Shown one piece after another: positions 22,847-32,183 of a stretch of 40,827 nt of DNA. The first letter of the stretch is position 1, and every line of letters starts with the position of its first letter. The stretch spans positions 1 to 40,827 of the IMG/VR virus record IMGVR_UViG_3300030059_002417; one strand, 5' to 3'. The position numbers were made by a program, and so were the translations under genes. A model generated the notes under the pieces. The model made no database searches. It was not told the origin of the DNA and saw nothing but the letters and a program-made list of their open reading frames with translations. This stretch comes from a virus (taxonomy: Duplodnaviria > Caudoviricetes).

Positions 22847-24379
22847 ATGTCTGTGATAGACCGTTTTATGACGGCATTTAAAGGGTCAGACCTTGCCCAC
22901 GGACAAACAACGATTGGTAATAAGAGGCGAAGCGGAAAGACAGATGCAAAGAGTTTCATTGTTAAGCAACCTTTAACAAGAGACTTGATTGAGGAACATT
23001 TAAAGGGAAGTAAGGGTGTTGGGGCTATTCCGATTAACGACAGGAATATGTGCAACTTCGGTGTCTTAGACATCGATACATACCCAATAGAACACTTAGA
23101 TATTCTCAAGAAATGTAGAAAGCTAAAGTTACCATTAATTGTTTGTAGATCAAAATCAGGAGGGGCTCATTTGTTTTTGTTTATGAAGACAGAAACAACT
23201 GCGTCAGAGCTTCGAGATTATTTGGGCGAGATGTCTGCGGCTTTAGGATATGCTGGATGCGAAATTTTCCCGAAGCAGGATCAAATTCTTGCGGATCGTG
23301 GAGACGTTGGTAATTTTATTAATCTGCCATACTTTGATGCTAAGAACACTGTTCGATACGCTATTAAAGATAATGGCGATGATATGACCTTGGAAGAGTT
23401 TTTAGATGAGGTGGACAAGAAACGAGCGACATTGTCCACTCTGGAGAAGATAGACTTTGGGATGCAAAGGGAACAGTACTCTGATGCTCCTCCTTGTTTG
23501 CAAATGTTTTTGTCGATGGGGATCCCCGAAGGCACGAGGAACAAGGTCATGTTTAATTGTGGTATTTATTTAAAACGCAAGTTCCCCGACTCTTGGAAGG
23601 GAAAAATGGAAGAAATGAACCAAAAACATTGTATTCCAGCCTTACCAGCTTCTGAGGTTGTGACACTACAGAATCAACTGGATAAGAAGGAGTACTTCTA
23701 CACATGTAAAGACGAACCTATGGCAAGCCATTGCAACAAATCATTGTGCAAGACAAAAGCGTTCGGGGTTGGTGCGTCGGAAACGGCTCCTCAAGTTGGG
23801 GGCATGACTATTTTACTTTCTGAACCCCGGCTGTACTTTCTTGATGTTAACGGAAAACGATTGGAGATCACAACAGAACAGTTGCAAATGCCTATTCAAT
23901 TCCAAAGGGCTTGCATGGAACAGATTAACTTCATGCCCCAATTGGTTAAGCCGAGTGATTGGCAACAGTTGGTAAACAGTCTTTACGATAACGCAACGAA
24001 GATAGCTGTTTCAGAAGAACTTACGAGTGTCGGACAATTTAAGGAACTTCTTGAGACCTTCTGTATGAGTCGGATTAGAGCCAAGTTCCCCGAAGAGTTA
24101 GCCGTAGGAAAGCCGTGGACCGAGGACAGTACAACATATTTTACAATGAAGGGTTTACAGGAATTCTTGAGGCAGAGAGGGTTTACTTTATATAACAGGC
24201 CGCAGATCCAAGAACGTTTAAAAGAATTGAACAACAATCAAACGTGTCATGGTCAGTACAAGGTGAAGACGGAAGAAGGGAAGTGGACAAACATAAGGGT
24301 TTGGTGGGTTCCTAAATTTGAAACAAGTGAGGTAGAAATACCTTCAAACGAAAAGGAGTTTGATGATGTCCCATTCTGA
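22847..24379 (+). CDS. AEP-superfamily primase with PriCT-like domain
   Basis: LDID, RSKSGGAHLFLF, EIFPKQ, GNFINLPY, PPC...EGTRN; start MSVID after GGAG. Confidence 0.85.
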   Translation: MSVIDRFMTAFKGSDLAHGQTTIGNKRRSGKTDAKSFIVKQPLTRDLIEEHLKGSKGVGAIPINDRNMCNFGVLDIDTYPIEHLDILKKCRKLKLPLIVCRSKSGGAHLFLFMKTETTASELRDYLGEMSAALGYAGCEIFPKQDQILADRGDVGNFINLPYFDAKNTVRYAIKDNGDDMTLEEFLDEVDKKRATLSTLEKIDFGMQREQYSDAPPCLQMFLSMGIPEGTRNKVMFNCGIYLKRKFPDSWKGKMEEMNQKHCIPALPASEVVTLQNQLDKKEYFYTCKDEPMASHCNKSLCKTKAFGVGASETAPQVGGMTILLSEPRLYFLDVNGKRLEITTEQLQMPIQFQRACMEQINFMPQLVKPSDWQQLVNSLYDNATKIAVSEELTSVGQFKELLETFCMSRIRAKFPEELAVGKPWTEDSTTYFTMKGLQEFLRQRGFTLYNRPQIQERLKELNNNQTCHGQYKVKTEEGKWTNIRVWWVPKFETSEVEIPSNEKEFDDVPF

Positions 24380-24587
24380 TTCATGGAAGGACAGAACGTA
24401 TATGAAGGTTGGAGAGATAACGAAAATGTTAAACGTTTCTCGACAGACCATTTATGTCTGGGTAGAGGAGAAGAACTTTCCTAAACCTTTTGTTTTTGGC
24501 GATGCAAAGAAGAATACAACTGTTCGTTGGTTAGAAACCGAGGTTAAAGAGTGGTTAGACAATCTTCCGAGGGAAAAGGACAGCTAG
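24363..24587 (+). CDS. AlpA/excisionase-like HTH protein
   Basis: LNVSRQTIYVWV...FPKP...RWLETEVKEWL; AAGGAG RBS; exact Met start uncertain. Confidence 0.85.
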   Translation: MMSHSDSWKDRTYMKVGEITKMLNVSRQTIYVWVEEKNFPKPFVFGDAKKNTTVRWLETEVKEWLDNLPREKDS

Positions 24588-24610
24588 GAACGGAATGTGT
24601 GGAGTTTAAC

Positions 24611-26128
24611 ATGACAGAAAAACTTATACTTGGTCCCCCTGGATGCGGTAAGACCTATACACTTATAAACATCGTAAAGCAAGAATTGCAAAACGGCACT
24701 GCTCCAGAGAGAATAGGGTTTGTTTCCTTCTCCAAGAAAGCTATCGAAGAAGCCAAATCTCGGACAACGGCGGCACTTGGATTGATCGACAGAGATGTGC
24801 CTTGGTTTCGAACGTTGCATTCGACAGGGTTTCAATGGATGGGAATGAAGGCAGAGGAAGTTGTTTCTCGTTACGATTTCAGAAAGATCGGACTGATGTT
24901 GGGAATGGCTTTTAACAACAACACAGCGGCAAGTCTTGCTGACGGTATTCTACCTGCTTCGGTGCAAGAGGGAAATAAGTACCTGGAGATGATTGGTCGA
25001 GCCACACTTCGAATGATTTCACTTGAGGAGCAGTACAACGATGCAGGTAATTACGACCTGAGTTGGCCTATGCTTAAAAAGGTTGATGAGATCTACACCT
25101 TGTACAAATCTGATAATAACAAATACGATTATACGGATATGATTCGATTGTTCGTGGAGCAAGGTACAGCCCCCACGCTTGAGGTTTTAATTGTAGATGA
25201 GGCACAGGATCTTACACCGTTGCAATGGAAGCAAGTTGAAGTCCTGAAGCAATCCGCAGATCGCGTCTGGTATGCTGGAGATGACGATCAAGCCATTCAT
25301 CGATGGATGGGTGTTCGGGTTGAGCAGTTTATGGAAGCATGCGACGAGGTTGAAATACTAAAACAAAGTCATAGAGTTCCCTCATCGATACATCTGCTTG
25401 CGAACAGAATTGTAAACAGAATAGAGACAAGGTTCGAGAAGCAATGGTCTCCAACCGACCGTGAGGGCAACATTGATTATTACTCCTCATGGTACGATGT
25501 AAATATTGACCACGGTTCGTGGACGATCATGGCAAGAACCAATAAAATTATCAGCACGGTTGCAGAAGAGTTAAGGGAAAATGGATACTTCTTTGAACGG
25601 TATGGAGTGCCAAGCATAAGTCCCGATTACATGAAGGGCATTGATACTTGGAATACATTGATCGATGGAGTTTCGATCTCGCTCAGTGATGCCCATGCTT
25701 TGTATCGCATTGTTCCAAAACAAGGAGACAACGCTGTTGTTAAGCGAGGTTCAGCAAAGACGTTGGAGTATGTCGATCCCGACTCTATGTTAAGCTACGA
25801 GGACTTGGTGGAGCATCATGGTTTGATCGCTTCCAAAGACAGACATGCAAACAGCATTGTAAACATGTCCCTTGATGATCAGAGCTACATGTTGGCATTA
25901 ATTAAACGAGGAGAGAATTTAAGCAAACCTAGAATTAAGCTATCAACCATTCATGCAATGAAGGGGGGAGAAGATGACAATATCATGTTGTTTACAGAGT
26001 CAGCTTATCCTTGCGTGAACAGTAAGTTCCCTGACGACGAGCACAGGATTTTCTATACAGGCATAACAAGAACCAAAGAAAATCTGCATATAATAGAAAC
26101 AGGCGCAAAGTATAGGTATGAAATATGA
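24611..26128 (+). CDS. UvrD/Rep-like SF1 helicase
   Basis: GPPGCGKT, VDEAQD, AGDDDQAI, QSHR, STIHAMKGGE, YTGITR. Confidence 0.92.
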   Translation: MTEKLILGPPGCGKTYTLINIVKQELQNGTAPERIGFVSFSKKAIEEAKSRTTAALGLIDRDVPWFRTLHSTGFQWMGMKAEEVVSRYDFRKIGLMLGMAFNNNTAASLADGILPASVQEGNKYLEMIGRATLRMISLEEQYNDAGNYDLSWPMLKKVDEIYTLYKSDNNKYDYTDMIRLFVEQGTAPTLEVLIVDEAQDLTPLQWKQVEVLKQSADRVWYAGDDDQAIHRWMGVRVEQFMEACDEVEILKQSHRVPSSIHLLANRIVNRIETRFEKQWSPTDREGNIDYYSSWYDVNIDHGSWTIMARTNKIISTVAEELRENGYFFERYGVPSISPDYMKGIDTWNTLIDGVSISLSDAHALYRIVPKQGDNAVVKRGSAKTLEYVDPDSMLSYEDLVEHHGLIASKDRHANSIVNMSLDDQSYMLALIKRGENLSKPRIKLSTIHAMKGGEDDNIMLFTESAYPCVNSKFPDDEHRIFYTGITRTKENLHIIETGAKYRYEI

Positions 26129-26394
26129 AACGAGAAGAAATACTCAGGGTAGCTGAGAATTTAATAAATGGTAAGAGAGCCAAGGACTACGGAGATGCGT
26201 ACACAAACCACGACCGTATTGCTAAGATGTGGACAGTATTGTTGGGGCATGACGTTACCGTTGAGCAAGTTTACATGTGCATGATTGCCATAAAGCTTTC
26301 TCGATTAATAGAAACACCAACGCACGAGGACAGTGCCATAGATATCTGCGGTTATGGTGCTTTGCTTGGGGAGGCATGTGATGGTAAAGGGTAA
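26125..26394 (+). CDS. DUF6378-like phage protein
   Basis: LINGKRAKDYG...RIAKMW...KLSR...HEDSAIDICGY. Confidence 0.8.
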   Translation: MKREEILRVAENLINGKRAKDYGDAYTNHDRIAKMWTVLLGHDVTVEQVYMCMIAIKLSRLIETPTHEDSAIDICGYGALLGEACDGKG

Positions 26395-28282
26395 CAGTAT
26401 GTTAGATTTCTGGGAGCGTGAGGAGCTCAATCTTATTGAGGTTGATTGGACAGCCCCTGACGAATTTCCTGATTTAACAAAGTGTAAGTATATGGCGATT
26501 GATTTGGAAACCTGCGATCCAAACCTTACGACCTTGGGGCCAGGGTGGACACGCAACGACGGCTTTATCGTCGGTATAGCCATTGCCGCAGGGGATTTTG
26601 AGGGATACTACCCGATTAAGCATGAGGGGGGTGGAAACCTTACACAGCGTCGTGTGATGGAATGGTTAAAGGTTCAATTAGCAACGCCTCACATACCTAA
26701 AATCATGCACAACGCTACTTACGATGCAGGGTGGTTACGGTGGGCAGGTGTTTGTGTTGAAGGTAGGCTTATAGACACAATGATTGCTGCTCCTTTGATT
26801 GATGAAAATCGGTTTAGTTATAGCCTAAACAACCTGGGGCGAGATTACATCGGTGTGGGCAAGAGTGAAGCAAGCTTACGAGCGGCGGCCAAAAGCTTTG
26901 GTCTGGATCCAAAAAAGGACATGTGGCGACTTCCAGCAAAGTATGTAGGAGCCTATGCAGAACAGGATGCCCGAATGACCTTGAAGCTGTGGAACAGGTT
27001 TGAACCTGAACTTGCCTCTCAAGATCTAAAGACAATCTTTGATCTGGAAACAAGCCTGATTCCGTTGATGATCGATATGCGAGAGCGTGGGGTCAAGGTT
27101 GATGTTGATGGAGCAGAACGAGCTAAAAAGAAACTCATGGGAATGAAGATAGAAATAAACGCTGACATCAAAAGAGACTTAGGGTTTAACGTTGAACCGT
27201 GGGTGGCAACGAGTGTGGCGAAAGCTTTTGATCACTACAGCATTCCTTACAACAAAACGGACACAACCAATAAGCCCTCGTTTACCAAAGCCTATCTGCA
27301 AGGATGCCCTCACCCAATTGCCGCTAAGATCCTACGACTACGGGAATTGGATAAAGCGCACAACACGTTTATCGACAGCATTCTACGTCACGAGCACAAA
27401 GGACGAATACACTGCGAATTCCATCAACTAAGGTCCGATGACGGTGGAACGGTGACAGGTCGGTTCTCTTCCTCAAATCCAAACCTACAGCAGATTCCTG
27501 CTAGAGAACCAGAGATTAAATCCTTGATCCGTGGTTTGTTTCTCCCAGAAGAAGGATGCAAGTGGGGATCCTTTGATTATTCGAGCCAAGAACCGAGGCT
27601 CTTGGTGCATTATTGTGCGTCTCTAACGGAATCGGAAAAGCATGCACAGATTGAGTCCGTGGTTGAGGAGTATCAAAAGGGAGATGCCGACTTTCACCAG
27701 ATGGTTGCTGACATGGCAGGAATTAGCCGGAAGCAAGCCAAGACGGTTAATCTTGGCATTATGTATGGCATGGGTCGGGCAAAGCTTGCTGCAACCTTGG
27801 ATATTACAGTGGAAGAAGCAAAGAACCTTCTTGAAACGTATCATGAGAAAGTTCCGTTTGTTAAAGGTCTTGCTGACAGAGTTTCAACCAAAGCTCAGAA
27901 GGACGGCAGAATACGAACGATCTTAGGGCGCAAGTGTCGGTTTGATATGTGGGAACCTCGAAGCTTTGAGTACAACAAACCCATGAAGCTTAAGGAAGCA
28001 CAAGCGGAGTATGGTCCTCAGAGAATACGAAGAGCGTTTACTTACAAGGCACTCAACAAACTTATTCAAGGTAGTGCAGCCGATCAAACCAAAAAGGCAA
28101 TGGCAGATTGCTATGCCGAGGGTCTGGTTCCGTTGATGACTGTTCACGATGAACTTTGCTTTAGTGTTGAGAGTGAACAGCAAGCAAGTAAGATCACAGA
28201 AATCATGGAAACAGGGCTACCTCTTAAAGTGCCGAGCAAAGTGGATCAGGAACTTGGAAACAATTGGGGCGAGGTTGGTTAA
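26381..28282 (+). CDS. polA: Family A DNA polymerase with 3'-5' exonuclease
   Basis: Exo I DLET, Exo II HNATYD, Exo III YAEQD; TGRFSSSNPNLQQIP, motif A DYSSQEPR, B KTVNLGIMYG, C VHDEL. Confidence 0.96.
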   Translation: MVKGNSMLDFWEREELNLIEVDWTAPDEFPDLTKCKYMAIDLETCDPNLTTLGPGWTRNDGFIVGIAIAAGDFEGYYPIKHEGGGNLTQRRVMEWLKVQLATPHIPKIMHNATYDAGWLRWAGVCVEGRLIDTMIAAPLIDENRFSYSLNNLGRDYIGVGKSEASLRAAAKSFGLDPKKDMWRLPAKYVGAYAEQDARMTLKLWNRFEPELASQDLKTIFDLETSLIPLMIDMRERGVKVDVDGAERAKKKLMGMKIEINADIKRDLGFNVEPWVATSVAKAFDHYSIPYNKTDTTNKPSFTKAYLQGCPHPIAAKILRLRELDKAHNTFIDSILRHEHKGRIHCEFHQLRSDDGGTVTGRFSSSNPNLQQIPAREPEIKSLIRGLFLPEEGCKWGSFDYSSQEPRLLVHYCASLTESEKHAQIESVVEEYQKGDADFHQMVADMAGISRKQAKTVNLGIMYGMGRAKLAATLDITVEEAKNLLETYHEKVPFVKGLADRVSTKAQKDGRIRTILGRKCRFDMWEPRSFEYNKPMKLKEAQAEYGPQRIRRAFTYKALNKLIQGSAADQTKKAMADCYAEGLVPLMTVHDELCFSVESEQQASKITEIMETGLPLKVPSKVDQELGNNWGEVG

Positions 28283-28794
28283 GCTTCAAGAAGCTCCAAG
28301 GCCGAGTCTTTTGTTTCCTTATTACGCCTGGTCCATCCTTTGCCAAAGGAATCAAAGGTCTTGAGTCCCTCGTAAAACCCTTGGCGTTTATCGTGCATCT
28401 TTTCGATAAGCTCCTTGGGTTCGTGTTCTTCAAGAAGTTTCAAGGTCATAGGACCGATGCCCCCATCTTGAGTGGCTCCGATAATTCCTTGCAAGGCCTT
28501 GGCACTGCGTCCTACTCCAGAATTCACAGCCCAATCCATGACTGCCCAATCGACTCCGCTTGGCAAGTCGTCACATTTGCAACGTTTCCAATAATTGTTG
28601 TAGTATATGGGTGCAACGTCCTTCACGGTTAGATCCCGCATTTGTTGTTCTGTTACTTTCTTACCGACCCATTTTTCATAGACCATACGAGTAACGCCGA
28701 GATTGGTCATTCCTCCCGGATCACGGGGGTGGTTTACAAAGCCGCCTTCATGATGAAGAAGCATCTCTAAACACTTATCAAAGTTTTCTTTCAT
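28279..28794 (-). CDS. GH108 endolysin with peptidoglycan-binding domain
   Basis: HEGGFVNHPRDPGGMTNLGVT, DGGIGPMT, FGKGWTRR. Confidence 0.92.
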   Translation of the reverse strand: MKENFDKCLEMLLHHEGGFVNHPRDPGGMTNLGVTRMVYEKWVGKKVTEQQMRDLTVKDVAPIYYNNYWKRCKCDDLPSGVDWAVMDWAVNSGVGRSAKALQGIIGATQDGGIGPMTLKLLEEHEPKELIEKMHDKRQGFYEGLKTFDSFGKGWTRRNKETKDSALELLEA

Positions 28795-28930
28795 GTTGTA
28801 TTTCCTTCTCTTTGCAAGTCAGACAAATCTGTTTTACCTTCTTAAACGTCTTTGCAATAGTATAGACTTCAAATACTTTTATGGGGGTGCTGCATACAGG
28901 GCAAAGATGCTCTTTCTCTTCTTCCATTCA

Positions 28931-31900
28931 TTATCGTGGCCTGTTCATCAACTGTTCAGCCAATGCTCGATCTCTCGGATCTGGAGTTACGATAGGATTT
29001 AAGCTCATAGGACTTACTGTTGAAGCGGAAGAAGCCGGTGAGGGTGGCAGTACATTGGGAAGCTGTTGCGTTGCTTGATTAATTATCGGAGGAATACTTC
29101 TAATCATAGGACCTATAGTTTTAGCTAAAGGATCAGTTGCTTCTGCAACAATTTCCTTTGCCTGTCTTGCAAAGGAAGATTCTCTGGGCTGCTCTTCCGT
29201 TGTCGCCATTCCAGCTTGAACTTGTCCAATGAGCTCATTAATTATTTCTATCGCTCGTCCTGTTTGATCGTAATCTCCTTGTCCTGGTCTTACTCCCGTT
29301 GGTTTAGTAAACAATTTTAAGAGAGCTTTAGAACGTAGCATTGAAGATGCAAGCTTTAACCCTCCTAAAGTTGTTAATGTAGTTATTGGAGCAAAATAAA
29401 ACGAAACTGCACCTAAAGAACTTACGATACTAGCAGGTGCTAATCCTCCTAATCCTTTAATTGGTTCTTGAGAAATAGCCCTCGAAACTTGAACTAATTT
29501 ATATAGTTGATCAGTTGTTTCTTTTCCAAACATTTCTTCTAACGTGTCTCTACCATATGAGTTCAAAGATGTTTCTAAAGCTTTTGCATTCTTACCAGAA
29601 AAAACAGCCTCAACAAATTCAGCACTGTTCATATCAGGACGACCAAGAGGAGCTAAGATTTTCTGCATGGATAAATCTTTTATGTTTTCCATTGTTGCAG
29701 TGTTTTCGCCGACTAAATTTTTAACACGACTAACAGCATTCGCTCCATTCTTTTTAAATACAGTACGCACAAGGAGATCAGGGTCTTGTTCTTTTATCGC
29801 TCTTTCTGCTGCTCGGAATAAACTAAGACCTTTTAAATCCTTAGATTGTTGAACTCTAGTATTTAAGATTTCTATTTGTTCTGTTATTGGTCGTCCCTTA
29901 ATCTGTTCAATTTCAGACGCACTTAAAGGCTTGCCCGACGACTGCATGTCTTGAAGAGTTTTTAACACTTTGCCGTACTCTCCTTTAAACAAGCCTTTAC
30001 CAGTAGTTCCTAAAGATTTTATTATCTCTCCAACTTTTATTGTATTAATATTACCAAGTAGATCTGTATTCTCAGAGATCGCCTTTGTTAAGAATTGAGA
30101 AGCCATTGACTTTCGAACAACTTCTCTTGTGTTCACGCCAGGAACAGATTCTCTTGTTTTTTGAATGATATCAGCAAATCTTTGTCTGGATAAAAACATT
30201 TCCTGATAATGTTTTCTTAACGGATCATCTTCGGGCAAACTAGAAACTAATTGTTTCATGTTTTGTGTTGAACCATCTGGAAGAGAGACAGAAGTATTTG
30301 GAACAACGTCTTCTAAACTTTTAGGGACATCAAACTCTAACCCAGAACGTATTCCAGCAACACTTCTTGGGCCAGATGGAACAACAGTATTTAAAAATCT
30401 TTTTAAAGTTTCTCCGTTTCCTGGAACAATTAAACCAAATTGTTCCTTTAACAAATCTTCTGGATCAAAGTTTACGCCCTCTTTAAACTGTTGAAAAAGT
30501 TTATTTGCATGTAGTTGTCTAAAACGACTTATTCCAGATTTGTAAAAATTACCTGCTTTTCTTAAATAATCAAATCCATCTTTTAAAGATTCAAATTCTT
30601 TTTTAGAAATAAATTTTCCATCTGCACCTTTTGGACTTTTCGAAGCTACGATACTACTAGCTGTAGCTTCAGCCTCGCTAAAAGCATCGTCTACAGATTT
30701 TTTAATTACTCCTAAAATGCCTTCTTCAGCAGAGCCGATTAAATTAGGATCAAAATCTGCATGTCTTATAGCTGTTCGAATACTTTGCATAAGTTCTACG
30801 TTTGCAAATTGTTTGTCTTTTAACCCTAATATAAGTTTTCCTAAAGATTTTTGATCTAGCTCTAATGCTCTGTTTTTAGCCACTAACTTTTCAAAGGACG
30901 ACACTAAGTTTTGAGTTGGAATTACTTCTTTACCTTGCAACAACTCGTTTGCCTTTGAGTACAAGGAGTTTGCATCTTCATCGAACGTTCTTTTTGCTAT
31001 CTCTATAGATTTAGCCACGGATCGTGAACCGCTCTTATCTGATTTGCCAAAGATATCAATCATTTTATCAATTTCTTTTTGCAAAACCTGTTCAGCGTTT
31101 TTATTAGCTTCTCTAACTAAATCATCTGGAGTTCCGTAGATTCTATTAATATCTTTTTGAAGACCACTAATTATTTCATCAATATCTACTTTACCTTTGG
31201 TATCAACGTTTCGTATAAGATCACCAATAACTTTAGCGTTTTGTCGAGCAACTCCTCTATTTGGAAAAACACCTTCATAAATGGCTTGCATTCTTCCTAT
31301 AATCGGAGACATGTTGGCTCCTTTCACCGTTGGTCTTGCTCCTTCTTTAACAACCAAGTCTCTAACTAAAGCTCTTGCCTCGTTAGCCTCTGGTCCCCCT
31401 GGACCTTTAAGTATTCTTCCAAAGGCAGCCGTTATAGCCCTTCCTGCTCCTTCACCAATAGTACCAGCAAGAAACTCAAAAAGAGCCGTGTTAGTAACGC
31501 TTCTTGAATCTTGCGCTTGAACTTTATCTGCGTATTCAATTCCTTCATCAATTAAGTAACCTAAAGCTGATCCTCCTCCGGCCATTAAAGCTGCTACTGG
31601 TAATCCAAAGCCAGATGCAGCCATAGACGCGGCAACTCCTCCTACGATTGGACCTCTTGCAGAAGAAAAGAATTCAACAAAATCTTGTTTAGTAAATTTC
31701 TCTTCATCCTCAATAGCAAGATTTCCAGACTTAGGTAAGTTGTATCGTTTTTTAACGTCATCTGATACAGTGTCTAGCTTTAATACATATCCAGCATCTG
31801 GATCTTTAAAAAAGTTGTCTTCTGTAAACCCTGCTCGTTTAAGACGAAGGCCATACTCTGTGTCGTTTTCAGCTTGAGCCAGATCTGAACGAAGCCCAAA

Positions 31901-32182
31901 GTTTTTAACACCACTTAGATCTATCTCTACTTTAGGTATTTCAGGAGTTTCAACTGCGTCTGTTGATAAAGGTTCAAAAGTCTCTCCTTTTTGAGCGGCA
32001 AAGAGTCTCCTATAATAATTAGAAATATCTTCTTTTTCTGGAGCAATATTTGCCACAGGATTGTTTTCAATAAGTTTATCAATATTGCTTACAATATATT
32101 TTTTTTCTTCTTCAGTAGGTAAATCACCTGCTATATTTACCAGTATAGGACCACTTTTTGTGTTTACTTGCATCTGTCCCAT
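28931..32182 (-). CDS. Large internal virion / DNA ejection protein
   Basis: 1083 aa, helical, with Gly/Ala hydrophobic segments; last of three large genes after the tail genes, as in podoviruses. Confidence 0.6.
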   Translation of the reverse strand: MGQMQVNTKSGPILVNIAGDLPTEEEKKYIVSNIDKLIENNPVANIAPEKEDISNYYRRLFAAQKGETFEPLSTDAVETPEIPKVEIDLSGVKNFGLRSDLAQAENDTEYGLRLKRAGFTEDNFFKDPDAGYVLKLDTVSDDVKKRYNLPKSGNLAIEDEEKFTKQDFVEFFSSARGPIVGGVAASMAASGFGLPVAALMAGGGSALGYLIDEGIEYADKVQAQDSRSVTNTALFEFLAGTIGEGAGRAITAAFGRILKGPGGPEANEARALVRDLVVKEGARPTVKGANMSPIIGRMQAIYEGVFPNRGVARQNAKVIGDLIRNVDTKGKVDIDEIISGLQKDINRIYGTPDDLVREANKNAEQVLQKEIDKMIDIFGKSDKSGSRSVAKSIEIAKRTFDEDANSLYSKANELLQGKEVIPTQNLVSSFEKLVAKNRALELDQKSLGKLILGLKDKQFANVELMQSIRTAIRHADFDPNLIGSAEEGILGVIKKSVDDAFSEAEATASSIVASKSPKGADGKFISKKEFESLKDGFDYLRKAGNFYKSGISRFRQLHANKLFQQFKEGVNFDPEDLLKEQFGLIVPGNGETLKRFLNTVVPSGPRSVAGIRSGLEFDVPKSLEDVVPNTSVSLPDGSTQNMKQLVSSLPEDDPLRKHYQEMFLSRQRFADIIQKTRESVPGVNTREVVRKSMASQFLTKAISENTDLLGNINTIKVGEIIKSLGTTGKGLFKGEYGKVLKTLQDMQSSGKPLSASEIEQIKGRPITEQIEILNTRVQQSKDLKGLSLFRAAERAIKEQDPDLLVRTVFKKNGANAVSRVKNLVGENTATMENIKDLSMQKILAPLGRPDMNSAEFVEAVFSGKNAKALETSLNSYGRDTLEEMFGKETTDQLYKLVQVSRAISQEPIKGLGGLAPASIVSSLGAVSFYFAPITTLTTLGGLKLASSMLRSKALLKLFTKPTGVRPGQGDYDQTGRAIEIINELIGQVQAGMATTEEQPRESSFARQAKEIVAEATDPLAKTIGPMIRSIPPIINQATQQLPNVLPPSPASSASTVSPMSLNPIVTPDPRDRALAEQLMNRPR

Positions 32183-32183
32183 A

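Noticed and set aside
24360-24587. Prophage integration module
   Set aside because: AlpA-like gene only; no integrase, att site or host genes visible
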